Below, piece after piece: positions 8,574 through 19,853 of a stretch of 64,000 nucleotides of DNA. The stretch is taken from NCBI GenBank assembly GCA_017424235.1, contig JAFPAQ010000143.1, forward strand, positions 14,412-78,411. Reading direction: 5' to 3'. A program made the position numbers and the translations under genes. The notes under the pieces are model-generated. The model saw only the letters and a list, made by a program, of their open reading frames with translations. It was not told the origin of the DNA and did no database searches. The first letter of the stretch is position 1; each line of letters begins with the position of its first letter. The DNA comes from Lachnospiraceae bacterium. GTDB lineage: Bacteria > Bacillota > Clostridia > Lachnospirales > Lachnospiraceae.

Positions 8574-10538
8574 ATGGAAAATCAAGAAATGACTAGAATG
8601 AAAGAACTTGTAGATTTGTTAAGAAAGGCATCTAAGGCATATTATGCAGAAGATAGAGAGATTATGAGTAATTTTGAATACGATAAACTGTATGATGAAT
8701 TAGTCGCTCTTGAAAATAGTACAGGAATGGTTCTTGCAGGCAGCCCGACTATATCAGTTGGATATGAAGCAGTTGATGAACTTCCAAAGGAAGCGCATGA
8801 AAGTCCAATGCTATCATTAGGGAAAACCAAAGACAGGGAGGAACTTAGAAGCTGGCTGGCTGATAAAGAAGGACTGTTAAGCTGGAAGCTGGATGGTCTT
8901 ACAATTGTACTTACTTATCAGAATGGTGAACTTGTTAAAGCTGTAACCAGAGGAAATGGGGAAGTTGGAGAAGTTATTACCAATAATGCCAGAGTATTTA
9001 AAAATATACCACTTAAAATAAGTTATACGGGTGAAATGATTCTCAGAGGTGAGGCTGTAATTACTTATGAAGATTTTGAGGATATAAATAGTCGTATTGC
9101 TGATATAGATGCAAAATATAAAAATCCCAGAAATCTTTGTTCTGGTTCAGTAAGACAGTTAAACAATGAGATTACTGCTCAGCGTAATGTAAGATTCTAT
9201 GCTTTTTCATTGGTAAAGGCTGATGGAGTCGACTTTGAAAATTCACGTCAGAAACAGTTTGAATTTATGAAGTCACAGGGATTTGATGTAGTTCAGTATG
9301 TGAGAGTATCTGCTGATAATATTATAGAAGCCGTTGCTGATTATGAAGAGCGTATTAAAACATATCAGATACCATCAGACGGATTGGTGCTTACTTACGA
9401 TGATATAGAATATGGAAGGTCACTTGGACGTACTGCAAAAGCACCAAGAGATTCAATTGCTTTTAAATGGCAGGATGAGATAAGAGAAACCACACTCACA
9501 GAAATTGAGTGGAGTCCAAGCCGTACCGGTCTAATAAATCCGGTTGCGATATTTGAACCTGTAGAGCTTGAGGGAACTACTGTAAGTAGAGCATCTGTTC
9601 ACAATATAAGTATACTAAAAGGTTTGAAACTGGGAATTGGTGATAAGATAACTGTATATAAAGCCAATATGATAATTCCACAGATCTCAGAGAATTTAAC
9701 CCAAAGTGACAACATAGATATACCTGAAATATGTCCTGTTTGTGGTGGCAAGACACAGATAAAAGCAATAAATGATGTTATGTCTTTGTATTGCATGAAT
9801 CCTGATTGTGATGCAAAGAAGATTAAAGCTTTTACACATTTTGTGAGCAGGGATGCCATGAATATTGATGGACTCTCAGAGGCAACACTTGAAAAATTTA
9901 TAGCATTAGGATTTATTCACGAATTTAGCGATATTTTTCATCTTGAGGATCATTGTGATGAAATTATCAAAATGGAAGGTTTTGGAGAAAAGTCATATAA
10001 TAATTTGATGCAGAGTATTGATAATGCAAGGAATGTGATACTGCCTAAACTGATTTTCAGTCTTGGAATTGCTAATATTGGTCTTGCGAATGCCAAGGTA
10101 ATATGCAGATTTTTTAATGATGATCTGGATTCTATGAGAAAAGCATCCTGTGAAGAATTAAGTGAGATAGATGGCATAGGCGAGGTTATTGGAAAGGCAT
10201 TTGTTGATTACTTTGAAAATGAAGACAATAATTCAAAATTTGACAGATTACTTAATGAAGTAAAGATTGAATATGAACAGATAGATGAACAAAATCAGAA
10301 TTTATCAGGGCAGGTATTTGTTGTAACCGGAAGCCTTGAGCATTTTGCAAGTAGAAATGAACTAAAAGATATAATTGAAAAAAGAGGCGGAAAGGTAACC
10401 GGAAGTGTTACATCTAAAACAGTATGTCTTATAAATAACGATATTACCTCTAATTCATCAAAAAATAAAAAAGCTAAAGACCTTGGAATTCCTATAGTAA
10501 CTGAGGAGGATTTTATGTCTCAATATTTGGGAATGTAA
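8574..10538 (+). CDS. ligA: NAD-dependent DNA ligase
   Basis: KLDG adenylation motif, NPRN, Zn finger CPVC..C..C, HhH repeats, BRCT (GGKVTGSV); SD ggagg. Confidence 0.97.
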   Translation: MENQEMTRMKELVDLLRKASKAYYAEDREIMSNFEYDKLYDELVALENSTGMVLAGSPTISVGYEAVDELPKEAHESPMLSLGKTKDREELRSWLADKEGLLSWKLDGLTIVLTYQNGELVKAVTRGNGEVGEVITNNARVFKNIPLKISYTGEMILRGEAVITYEDFEDINSRIADIDAKYKNPRNLCSGSVRQLNNEITAQRNVRFYAFSLVKADGVDFENSRQKQFEFMKSQGFDVVQYVRVSADNIIEAVADYEERIKTYQIPSDGLVLTYDDIEYGRSLGRTAKAPRDSIAFKWQDEIRETTLTEIEWSPSRTGLINPVAIFEPVELEGTTVSRASVHNISILKGLKLGIGDKITVYKANMIIPQISENLTQSDNIDIPEICPVCGGKTQIKAINDVMSLYCMNPDCDAKKIKAFTHFVSRDAMNIDGLSEATLEKFIALGFIHEFSDIFHLEDHCDEIIKMEGFGEKSYNNLMQSIDNARNVILPKLIFSLGIANIGLANAKVICRFFNDDLDSMRKASCEELSEIDGIGEVIGKAFVDYFENEDNNSKFDRLLNEVKIEYEQIDEQNQNLSGQVFVVTGSLEHFASRNELKDIIEKRGGKVTGSVTSKTVCLINNDITSNSSKNKKAKDLGIPIVTEEDFMSQYLGM

Positions 10539-10572
10539 AGCAAAAAATAATAGAAATGTGAGGGTGAGTAGA

Positions 10573-11478
10573 ATGCCAATTAAAGTACAGAATGATTTAC
10601 CGGCAAAAGAAATATTGGAATATGAAAATATATTTGTGATGGATGAGAATAGGGCAATACATCAGGACATAAGACCATTAAAAGTATGTATACTTAATCT
10701 TATGCCTGTAAAGCAGGATACAGAGCTTCAACTTTTGAGAGCTTTGTCAAATACTCCTTTGCAGGTTGATGTTACCTTTTTGATGGTTAAAAGTCATGTG
10801 TCACTTAATACATCGGCAAATCATCTTAACAGATTTTATACCACTTATGATGAAATAAAAGAACAGCATTTTGATGGTCTTATTATTACCGGAGCACCAG
10901 TAGAAGATATAACCTTTGAAGAAGTTGATTATTGGAACGAAGTATGTGAAATTATGGACTGGGCTGAGAATAATGTAACTTCTACTCTTCATATTTGTTG
11001 GGGGGCACAGGCAGGATTTTATCATTACTATGGAATACAAAAAAAGCATCTTAGTGAAAAGTTATTTGGAATTTATTCCCATAAAGTTCAGAATAGAAAA
11101 GTGCCTTTGGTAAGAGGGTTTGATGACTATTTTCTGGCACCACACAGCCGTCATACAGAAACTCCTGCAAGCGAAATACATAAATGCGACAAGATAACAG
11201 TACTTGCAGAGTCAGATGAAGCAGGAGTATTTCTTGCTTATGCCGAAAATGGAAAGAAGATATTTGTAAATGGACACCCTGAATATGACAGATACACTTT
11301 GGACAACGAATATAGAAGAGATTTGGGAAAAGGTCTGCCAATTCATATTCCATTAAATTATTATCCTGATGATAATCCGGAGAATAAACCGGGACTTCAG
11401 TGGCGATCACACAGTAATAATCTATATACTAACTGGCTAAATTATTATGTTTACCAGAATACACCTTATGTGTGGTAA
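10573..11478 (+). CDS. metA: Homoserine O-acyltransferase (MetA family)
   Basis: MPIKV, ILNLMP, ITGAPVE, HICWGAQA, GHPEY. Confidence 0.96.
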   Translation: MPIKVQNDLPAKEILEYENIFVMDENRAIHQDIRPLKVCILNLMPVKQDTELQLLRALSNTPLQVDVTFLMVKSHVSLNTSANHLNRFYTTYDEIKEQHFDGLIITGAPVEDITFEEVDYWNEVCEIMDWAENNVTSTLHICWGAQAGFYHYYGIQKKHLSEKLFGIYSHKVQNRKVPLVRGFDDYFLAPHSRHTETPASEIHKCDKITVLAESDEAGVFLAYAENGKKIFVNGHPEYDRYTLDNEYRRDLGKGLPIHIPLNYYPDDNPENKPGLQWRSHSNNLYTNWLNYYVYQNTPYVW

Positions 11479-11678
11479 ATTTAATCATTACATGAATATT
11501 TGTAACTTTTTTCAATCACTATTACGTGATTTTGTGTTCATAAATTGGTGCAGGGAATAAACTTAGTTATGAACAGTTATGAATATTTTACAAAATTGTC
11601 CATATACTATAACATACTTGGAAACTGGAAATATCTATTATTCACAAAATAGTAGTTGTATGTTAAAAGAGGTGTATT

Positions 11679-11900
11679 ATGGCTAGAGGGACAAAAAAGA
11701 CTATTCAGGAAAAAATACTTCAAAAGGAAGAATTGATAGAGGCACTTACTGTTCGTCTAAAAAAGGAAAATGAGGAATTAAACGAATTATTAGAACTCAA
11801 GAAGATGGAAGAACTGAATGAACTTAGGACAATAATACAGAATACGGGAATGGATATAGCTGATATTATTAAGCTGGCAGAGTCAAGAGTTGCCCAATAA
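11679..11900 (+). CDS. Small coiled-coil protein of unknown function
   Basis: Strong SD agaggtg; 73 aa, basic N-terminus MARGTKKT followed by E/K/L heptads. Confidence 0.75.
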   Translation: MARGTKKTIQEKILQKEELIEALTVRLKKENEELNELLELKKMEELNELRTIIQNTGMDIADIIKLAESRVAQ

Positions 11901-11964
11901 AGCGAGATAACGCACAAAAATAATTAATATTTAATATTTTTTTACGAAAAAAGTCCAAACATAA

Positions 11965-11993
11965 TTGCGTACATAGCCTAAAAAGGGTATAAT
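11965..11993 (+). promoter_or_regulatory. sigma-A promoter of asnS
   Basis: TTGCGT-17 nt-TATAAT. Confidence 0.7.
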
Positions 11994-12053
11994 GTTAAGC
12001 ATGTGAGTGGACTTTTTATAATAGAAAATTGCAACAGCGTAGTGTCAGATAGA

Positions 12054-12082
12054 GGTGCATGCGCTGGCATGCACTATTTTTT
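12054..12082 (+). terminator. Terminator-like hairpin in the asnS leader (candidate attenuator)
   Basis: GGTGCATGC-gctg-GCATGCACT followed by ATTTTTT, between promoter and start codon. Confidence 0.6.
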
Positions 12083-12120
12083 GTTCACTATGAGGCTAAA
12101 GAGAATGGAGGATGTTTAAG

Positions 12121-13506
12121 ATGTTAAACATACGTGAATTATATCACAATTATAAGGATTATGCTGATAAGGAGGTTACTGTTGGAGCATGGCTTAGAAG
12201 CAAAAGAGACTCTAAGACTTTTGGTTTTTTAGTAGTTAATGATGGTACATTTTTTGAACCACTTCAGATAGTATATAGTGATAAACTTGACAATTTTGAA
12301 GCTATTTCAAAATTAAATGTTGGTGCAGCAGTAATAGCTACAGGTGTTGTAACTCTTACACCTGATGCAAAACAGCCTTTTGAAATTCAGGCTACTAAGG
12401 TTGAGATAGAGGGAGATTCTACACCAGATTATCCATTACAGAAGAAAAGACACAGCTTTGAGTATCTTAGAACAATTTCTCATTTGAGACCACGTACAAA
12501 TACATTCCAGGCTGTATTTAGAGTACGTTCTTTATGTGCATATGCTATTCATAAATTCTTCCAGGAGAGAGACTTTGTATATGTTCATACACCACTTATT
12601 ACAGGCAGTGACTGTGAAGGTGCAGGAGAAATGTTCCAGGTAACAACTCTTGATCTGGCAAATATTCCAATGACAGAAGATGGTAAGATTGATTATAGCA
12701 AAGATTTCTTTAGCAAACCTACTAATCTCACTGTTAGTGGACAGTTAAATGGTGAAACATATGCTATGGCATTCAAAAATATTTATACATTTGGACCAAC
12801 TTTTAGAGCAGAGAATTCAAATACAACACGTCATGCAGCAGAATTCTGGATGATAGAGCCTGAAATCGCATTTGCAGATTTGAAGGATGATATGATGCTT
12901 GCAGAGAGCATGTTGAAATATGTTATTAATTATGTGCTTGAGAATGCACCAGAAGAAATGGCATTCTTCAATCAGTTTGTTGATAAGGGACTTATTGAGA
13001 GACTTCAACATGTTGCTAATTCTGATTTTGGACACATTACTTACACTGATGCGATCAAGGAACTTGAAAAGCACAATGATGAGTTTGAATATAAGGTATC
13101 ATGGGGATGTGACCTTCAGACAGAGCATGAAAGATATCTCACAGAAAAATTATTTGGTAAGCCTGTATTCGTAACTGATTATCCAAAGGAAATAAAAGCC
13201 TTTTATATGAAGCTTAATGAGGATGGTAAGACTGTAGCTGCAATGGACTGTCTTGTACCGGGAATCGGTGAAATCATTGGAGGAAGTCAGAGAGAGGACA
13301 AGCTTGATATTCTTGAAAAGAGAATGCAGGAATGCAATCTTAATCCAAAGGACTATGATTTCTATTTGGATTTAAGAAGATATGGAAGTACACGTCATGC
13401 AGGGTTTGGTCTTGGATTTGAGAGATGCGTAATGTACCTTACAGGTATGGCAAATATTCGAGACGTTATTCCATTCCCACGTACTGTAAAGAACTGCGAT
13501 TTATAA
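12121..13506 (+). CDS. asnS: Asparagine--tRNA ligase
   Basis: OB fold, [37 protein letters not shown]; SD ggagg (start 12112 or 12121). Confidence 0.97.
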   Translation: MLNIRELYHNYKDYADKEVTVGAWLRSKRDSKTFGFLVVNDGTFFEPLQIVYSDKLDNFEAISKLNVGAAVIATGVVTLTPDAKQPFEIQATKVEIEGDSTPDYPLQKKRHSFEYLRTISHLRPRTNTFQAVFRVRSLCAYAIHKFFQERDFVYVHTPLITGSDCEGAGEMFQVTTLDLANIPMTEDGKIDYSKDFFSKPTNLTVSGQLNGETYAMAFKNIYTFGPTFRAENSNTTRHAAEFWMIEPEIAFADLKDDMMLAESMLKYVINYVLENAPEEMAFFNQFVDKGLIERLQHVANSDFGHITYTDAIKELEKHNDEFEYKVSWGCDLQTEHERYLTEKLFGKPVFVTDYPKEIKAFYMKLNEDGKTVAAMDCLVPGIGEIIGGSQREDKLDILEKRMQECNLNPKDYDFYLDLRRYGSTRHAGFGLGFERCVMYLTGMANIRDVIPFPRTVKNCDL

Positions 13507-13743
13507 TGGATTTTTTTAATAGTTGAATTAAATATGTATTATGAAAAATTTGGTTTAGAATAGTTGTATGGTTTTTATTGTAAACTACTTGCAATGGAAT
13601 AATAATATGTGATATTATGTTTAGGTCGGATAGTATTAGTTATGTAAATAATCATTCACTATCCGGCCTTAATGTATTGTATGGATATTCAATACATGGA
13701 GAGTAGTTTTTAGGTAATATATAAGGAATTGGAGGATGATTCT

Positions 13744-14085
13744 ATGAAGACAACAAATATAGAAGAAACTACAATTGTGCGTTTGATTGAATTAGGCACA
13801 GTTACTTATGAAGTTACTGGCTGGGGAACCGGTGAGTTAGCTATCAAATGTAGATCAAACACCAAATGCGAGAAGGAATCCTTGAATAAAGCACTTATTT
13901 CAATGAAGGTCAACGAGGAAAATCTTGACCATGAAAATATTGAAGAGTATGTTGTGAGAGAGTTAGGAAAAAAACTGGCAGTAAATGAAGTACATGTTTT
14001 AACAGAAGAAGATAAGAAGTACAATATTGCAAAGCGTAAGTTTAAGGCATGGAAAAATACATACAAAAACGAAAATAGAGCTTAG
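13744..14085 (+). CDS. Hypothetical protein
   Basis: SD ggagg before ATG 13744; own promoter-like sequence (13589-13618) and downstream terminator. Confidence 0.7.
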   Translation: MKTTNIEETTIVRLIELGTVTYEVTGWGTGELAIKCRSNTKCEKESLNKALISMKVNEENLDHENIEEYVVRELGKKLAVNEVHVLTEEDKKYNIAKRKFKAWKNTYKNENRA

Positions 14086-14096
14086 TTATTATGGAT

Positions 14097-14133
14097 TAAA
14101 AAACCTGTTGTGAGAAAAACAACAGGTTTTTTA
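14097..14133. terminator. Bidirectional intrinsic terminator
   Basis: TAAAAAACCTGTTGT...ACAACAGGTTTTTTA between convergent genes. Confidence 0.85.
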
Positions 14134-14138
14134 TTTAT

Positions 14139-17100
14139 TTATGCAGTTTTATCGGAAACATCAGATTTTTTCTTTGTTTTAGTATTTATAGACTTTTGTG
14201 AAGCATTGGTACTATGCTTTGGATTAGTCTTATGTTTTAATGCCTCTGATTTCTGATTTTTAGCTTCAGCTTCAAGCTGTTTCTTCAGATTTTTCTGAGC
14301 TGTTGAGAGCATAAGCTTAATTCTGTTGAGCTGGTTAACCTCAGAAGCACCTGGGTCATAGTCAATAGCAACAATATTTGCTTCAGGATGAAGATGCCTG
14401 AGTTCCTTAATAACTCCCTTGCCAACAACGTGGTTTGGAAGACATCCAAAAGGCTGTGTGCAGACAATATTTGGAGTATCAGTATGTATAAGTTCAAGCA
14501 TTTCTCCTGTAAGGAACCATCCCTCACCGGTCTGATTACCTATAGATACTATAGACTCAGCGCTTTTTGCTGTTTCATATATATCAGCAGGTGCAATAAA
14601 ATGAACACTTTCGTTAAATGCTTCGCACATAGGCTTTCTTAGCATTTGGATTGCTTTAATTCCAAGACGGCTAATTTCAGAAGCTTTTTTGCTGGTACCA
14701 AGATTTTCTGCTTTGTACAACTGATTGTAGAAGCAGTAGTACATAAAATCCATTAAATCAGGAACAACTGCCTCAGCCCCCTCCTGTTCCAAAAGTTCTA
14801 CTAAATGATTGTTTGCAGCTGGTGAAAATTTAACAAGAATTTCACCAACGATTCCAACTCTGGGCTTTTTGATATCAAGTATAGGAATTGAATCAAATTC
14901 CTGTATCATTTCACGACACATCTTTTTATATGTATTGAATGAAAGATATTTTCTTCCTAAAAATTCACAACATTTTTCTATCCACTTTTGATGTACTTTT
15001 TCGACAGAACCAGGTACAGCTTCGTAAGGTCTCATTCGATATACACATCTCATAAAGATATCACCAAAGTTTACCGCATATACTGCACGAAGCAGAAGCA
15101 TAGGAGTAAGCTTAAATCCCGGATTACTTTCTAATTTTGAAAGATTTATTGAAATAACAGGTATCTGTGGATTTCCGGATTTTGCAAGTGCACGACGAAT
15201 AAATCCGATATAGTTTGTAGCACGGCATCCGCCTCCTGTCTGAGACATTACAACTGCAAGCTTGTTTGTATCGTATTTTCCTGAAAGTACAGCTTCCATA
15301 ATCTGTCCAACTACTAATAAAGAAGGATAGCATGCGTCATTATTAACATATTTCAATCCAACATCAACACTGTTTCTGTTATCATTGTTGAGAACTACCA
15401 GATTATATCCGCAACGTCTGAAAGTAGGCTCTAACAAATCAAAATGAATAGGAGACATCTGAGGACATAAAATAGTGTATTCCTTTTTCATTTCTTTTGT
15501 AAACAGTACTCTGTTCATTTTGCTTGAGCGAATTGTTCTCTTTTGGTTTCTTTGTTCTCTAACTCGAATAGCTGATAATAATGAACGTATACGGATTCTT
15601 GCAGCTCCAAGATTGTTAACCTCATCTATCTTTAAGCAGGTATAAATCTTGTCAGAACCAGACAGAATATCATTAACCTGATCTGTTGTAACCGCGTCAA
15701 GACCACATCCAAATGAATTTAACTGTATAAGATCCAGGTCATCTCTGGTTTTTACATAGCTTGCAGCAGCATAAAGTCTTGAATGATACATCCACTGATC
15801 TGATACGATAAGAGGTCTTTCAGGCTTTGCAAGGTGAGAAACTGAATCCTCTGTAAGTACGGCAATACCATAAGATGTAATTAACTCAGGTATACCATGA
15901 TTTATTTCAGGGTCAATATGATATGGACGTCCTGCAAGTACGATACCACGCTTGTTATTTGCTTCAAGGTAGGCAATTACTTCCTCCCCCTTTTTGTACA
16001 TATCCTGACGTGCAGCATTCAACTCTTTCCAGCCTGCATTAACAGCATTGTTAAGCTCTTCGAAAGGAATATCAGGAAATTCTTTTGTAAGAGACTGTGC
16101 GATTAAGGCTGGTTCCTTAAATGACATAAATGGGTTTTTAAATACAACTTCTCCTCGACCTATTGCTTCTACATTATTTTTAATATTTTCGGAATAAGAA
16201 GTAACGATAGGACAGTTATAATGGTTGTTAGCTTCATCAAACTCATTTCTTTCATAGAAAAGAGCAGGATAGAAGATAAAATCAACATTTTGTTTAATAA
16301 GCCATTCCACATGTCCATGAGCAAGCTTTGCGGGATAGCATTCTGACTCACTTGGAATTGATTCAATTCCCATTTCATATATTTTTCTGTTTGAAACAGG
16401 TGATAACACTACCTGATAATTTAATTTAGTAAAGAAAGTATGCCAGAAAGGATAGTTTTCATACATATTCAATACTCTTGGAATACCCACTTTTCCTCGA
16501 ACAGCCACTTCTTCAGCTAATGGCTCATAAGAGAAGTAACGCTGCAATTTGTATGCAAAAAGGTTTGGAACATCAGTATTTGTTTTGGCTTTTCCAAGAC
16601 CCTTTTCACAACGGTTTCCTGAAACATAGCTTCTTCCATCAGAAAATTTATTTACTGTGAGACGGCATGAGTTAGTGCAGCCTTTACATTTTACCAAGGA
16701 AGTATTAAATTCTAATTTACCTATTTCTTCAAAGGAGAGCATTGTAGTAGCTGTTTCGGGAGAAGCATTATAACGTTCCCTGGCGATAAGAGCAGCACCA
16801 AAAGCACCCATGATGCCTGCAATGTCAGGACGTATAGCTTCGCAGTTTGCTATTTTTTCAAAACTTCTAAGTACTGCATCGTTATAGAAAGTACCGCCTT
16901 GAACTACAATATTTTTACCAAGCTCACTTGCATCTGATACTTTGATAACTTTAAATAATGCATTTTTGATAACAGAGTAAGCAAGACCGGCTGATATATC
17001 AGCAACCTCTGCACCCTCCTTTTGAGCCTGTTTTACTTTTGAATTCATAAAAACAGTACAGCGGGTACCAAGGTCTATTGGATGCTTTGCAAATAATGCT

Positions 17101-18512
17101 GCTTTTGCAAAATCCTGAACTGTATAATTGAGCGATTTTGCAAAGGTTTCAATAAATGAACCACATCCGGATGAACAGGCTTCATTAAGCTGAACAGAAT
17201 CAACCGTCTGATTCTTTATTTTAATACATTTCATATCCTGTCCGCCGATATCGATGATACAGTCAACCTCTGGATTAAAGAAAGCAGCAGCATAGTAATG
17301 TGCAACAGTTTCAACTTCACCATCATCAAGCATAAATGCTGCTTTAAATAATGCTTCGCCGTATCCGGTTGAACATGATCTCATAATCTGAGCATCACTT
17401 GGAAGTAATCGGTATATTTCCTGAATTGCGTGTATAGCAGTATTTAATGGACTGCCATTGTTGTTGCTATAAAATGAATACAGCAATGTACCATCTTCTG
17501 ATACTAACGCAATCTTTGTTGTTGTTGAACCTGCATCTATACCTAAAAAGCACTTTCCATGATAATTTTCAATAGAAGCATTTTTTACATGATGAGACGC
17601 GTGGCGCTTTTGGAAATCAGCATAGTCCTGCTCATTTGCAAAAAGAGGTTCCATGCGGGCTACTTCGAACTCCATTTTGATATCGGAAGAAAGCTTGCTT
17701 ACCATTTCTTCCATAGTGAAAGAAACTTCTTCCTTTGCGTTAAGGGCAGAGCCTATGGCAGCAAATAGATGAGAGTTTGCTGTATCTATAATATGTTCAT
17801 CATCTAATTTTAATGTGCGTATAAATGATGCTTTCAATTCAGAAAGGAAATGAAGTGGACCGCCTAAAAATGCCACGTGACCTCGAATTGGTTTGCCACA
17901 TGCAAGTCCGCTTATAGTCTGGTTAACTACTGCCTGAAAAATAGATGCAGATAAATCTTCTTTAGTAGCACCTTCATTGATAAGTGGCTGAATGTCAGTT
18001 TTTGCAAAAACACCACAACGGGCAGCAATTGTATATAAAGAATTGTAATTCTTGGCATATTCGTTAAGTCCTGATGCATCTGTCTGGATAAGAGATGCCA
18101 TCTGGTCAATAAATGAACCGGTACCACCTGCACAGATACCATTCATACGCTGTTCAACATTTCCGCCTTCAAAGTAGATAATCTTGGCATCTTCGCCGCC
18201 TAATTCAATAGCTACATCTGTTTTTGGAGCAAGCTCCTGAAGAGCAGTAGAAACAGATATTACTTCCTGTACAAATGGAACACCTAAATGATTTGCAAGT
18301 GTAAGTCCGCCTGAACCTGTTATCATTGGATGAAGGTTTAAATTACCAAGTTTTGCATATGCATCCTGTAATAAAGAAGAAAGAGTTTCTCTTATATTTG
18401 CATAATGTCTCTGATAATCGGAAAATAATAAATTATGGTCTGAATCTAATATTGCAACTTTAACGGTAGTGGAACCTATGTCGATTCCTAGAGTATAGAA
18501 TTCCCTATTCAT
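14139..18512 (-). CDS. plsA: Fused CoA-substrate activator/reductase (2x BcrAD/BadFG ATPase + DUF2229 + dehydratase-like domain); plasmalogen synthase PlsA/PlsR-type
   Basis: Two ASKHA motifs ([16 protein letters not shown]), Fe-S motifs CAGGTGSF and [35 protein letters not shown]; start 18512 or 18524. Confidence 0.8.
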   Translation of the reverse strand: MNREFYTLGIDIGSTTVKVAILDSDHNLLFSDYQRHYANIRETLSSLLQDAYAKLGNLNLHPMITGSGGLTLANHLGVPFVQEVISVSTALQELAPKTDVAIELGGEDAKIIYFEGGNVEQRMNGICAGGTGSFIDQMASLIQTDASGLNEYAKNYNSLYTIAARCGVFAKTDIQPLINEGATKEDLSASIFQAVVNQTISGLACGKPIRGHVAFLGGPLHFLSELKASFIRTLKLDDEHIIDTANSHLFAAIGSALNAKEEVSFTMEEMVSKLSSDIKMEFEVARMEPLFANEQDYADFQKRHASHHVKNASIENYHGKCFLGIDAGSTTTKIALVSEDGTLLYSFYSNNNGSPLNTAIHAIQEIYRLLPSDAQIMRSCSTGYGEALFKAAFMLDDGEVETVAHYYAAAFFNPEVDCIIDIGGQDMKCIKIKNQTVDSVQLNEACSSGCGSFIETFAKSLNYTVQDFAKAALFAKHPIDLGTRCTVFMNSKVKQAQKEGAEVADISAGLAYSVIKNALFKVIKVSDASELGKNIVVQGGTFYNDAVLRSFEKIANCEAIRPDIAGIMGAFGAALIARERYNASPETATTMLSFEEIGKLEFNTSLVKCKGCTNSCRLTVNKFSDGRSYVSGNRCEKGLGKAKTNTDVPNLFAYKLQRYFSYEPLAEEVAVRGKVGIPRVLNMYENYPFWHTFFTKLNYQVVLSPVSNRKIYEMGIESIPSESECYPAKLAHGHVEWLIKQNVDFIFYPALFYERNEFDEANNHYNCPIVTSYSENIKNNVEAIGRGEVVFKNPFMSFKEPALIAQSLTKEFPDIPFEELNNAVNAGWKELNAARQDMYKKGEEVIAYLEANNKRGIVLAGRPYHIDPEINHGIPELITSYGIAVLTEDSVSHLAKPERPLIVSDQWMYHSRLYAAASYVKTRDDLDLIQLNSFGCGLDAVTTDQVNDILSGSDKIYTCLKIDEVNNLGAARIRIRSLLSAIRVREQRNQKRTIRSSKMNRVLFTKEMKKEYTILCPQMSPIHFDLLEPTFRRCGYNLVVLNNDNRNSVDVGLKYVNNDACYPSLLVVGQIMEAVLSGKYDTNKLAVVMSQTGGGCRATNYIGFIRRALAKSGNPQIPVISINLSKLESNPGFKLTPMLLLRAVYAVNFGDIFMRCVYRMRPYEAVPGSVEKVHQKWIEKCCEFLGRKYLSFNTYKKMCREMIQEFDSIPILDIKKPRVGIVGEILVKFSPAANNHLVELLEQEGAEAVVPDLMDFMYYCFYNQLYKAENLGTSKKASEISRLGIKAIQMLRKPMCEAFNESVHFIAPADIYETAKSAESIVSIGNQTGEGWFLTGEMLELIHTDTPNIVCTQPFGCLPNHVVGKGVIKELRHLHPEANIVAIDYDPGASEVNQLNRIKLMLSTAQKNLKKQLEAEAKNQKSEALKHKTNPKHSTNASQKSINTKTKKKSDVSDKTA

Positions 18513-18663
18513 TAATAAAACCATACCTTTCTTAAATCAGATTTGGTGTTAAAAATGTAAAAATCTGACACCAAAATCTTAGTAAAAAAATTGAACATAT
18601 CTGATGTATATAGTTGATTATAGGAACATCATTATGTTATCTGTGTGTAAACATTCATCTGAT

Positions 18664-18692
18664 ATTATACGACAGCAAATGACAAAAGGCAA
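18664..18692 (-). promoter_or_regulatory. sigma-A promoter for the activator/reductase gene
   Basis: Minus strand TTGCCT-17 nt-TATAAT. Confidence 0.65.
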
Positions 18693-18944
18693 CAATCGAG
18701 TGAGTTAAAAGTTTATGAAATCTTTGCCCTGATTTTTGATTTTTTTATCAAATCTATGCTATATATAATAGAAATAAAACATTTTACTAAAATTTAATGA
18801 TTCAGGAATTTAGATTGGTTTACATTTAGTTTTATGAATGATATACTATTTAAATATGAATGTAATGTAAGGTAGTATTCAGGGGATGCAGTTAAGAAAA
18901 ATAGGGTTTAATTTCCCTTAAAAATGATTAAATGGAGGAATTAT

Positions 18945-19826
18945 ATGAATTTTATCAATAAGCTTGAGAAAAAGTTTGGAAAGTATGCTATTCCTAATAT
19001 TTCATTGTATTTAATATTGTGTTATGGCTGTGGCTATTTATTAAAAATGATTAATCCTGCTTTTTTGAATTTTTTGTCCTTAAATCCGTATGCCATATTG
19101 CATGGTCAGATTTGGAGAATATTTACATGGATACTTATTCCACCGGAAAGTCTTAGCATATTTACAGTGATTATGCTGTTTTTTTACTATTCAATAGGTA
19201 CAAGTCTTGAGAGAACATGGGGAACTTTTTATTACAACCTTTATCTGTTCATGGGAATGATATTTACTGTAATAGGTAGCTTTGTTGTTATGGGAATATC
19301 ATTTATTCCCGGGTCAGAAGCAGTTATGACCATGGCATATATTGGAAAGGATGCATATTTTTCTTATATAGCAACAGCATTTACAACATATTACATAAAT
19401 ATGTCCATTTTTCTGGGATTTGCTGCAACCTTCCCGGAGGCACAGGTCATGCTTATGTTTATACTTCCAATTAAGGTAAAATGGCTTGGAATAGCTTATG
19501 GAATCTTGCTTGCATATGATGTATTTACAAATATTTTTATTATTAAAGTAGTTATTTGTGCATCAATACTTAATTTTATTGTTTTCTTCCTTATTACAAG
19601 GAGTGGTATTGGAATGCGTGTATCACCAAGACAGGTTAAGAGAAGATATGACTATAAAAAAGAAGTTAAACATGCAAAAAGTATGGTGGTTTCTAAACAT
19701 AAATGTGCGATTTGCGGCAGAAACAGCGAAGATAATCCGGATGCAGAATTTAGATTCTGTTCAAAATGTAATGGTAATTATGAATATTGCCAGGAGCATT
19801 TGTTTACTCATACTCATGTAAAATAA
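18945..19826 (+). CDS. Conserved membrane protein (rhomboid/derlin-like fold) with C-terminal Zn finger
   Basis: GQIWRIFTW, about 6 TM segments, HKCAICG...FCSKC...YCQEH; SD ggagg. Confidence 0.75.
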   Translation: MNFINKLEKKFGKYAIPNISLYLILCYGCGYLLKMINPAFLNFLSLNPYAILHGQIWRIFTWILIPPESLSIFTVIMLFFYYSIGTSLERTWGTFYYNLYLFMGMIFTVIGSFVVMGISFIPGSEAVMTMAYIGKDAYFSYIATAFTTYYINMSIFLGFAATFPEAQVMLMFILPIKVKWLGIAYGILLAYDVFTNIFIIKVVICASILNFIVFFLITRSGIGMRVSPRQVKRRYDYKKEVKHAKSMVVSKHKCAICGRNSEDNPDAEFRFCSKCNGNYEYCQEHLFTHTHVK

Positions 19827-19853
19827 TATAAGGAAACGAGGTAAATTCATAAT

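Noticed and set aside
11613-11624. CATACTTGGAAA matching the right flank of the era-recO element (25019-30)
   Set aside because: A single 12-mer match is plausible by chance in 64 kb of AT-rich DNA; no accompanying structure
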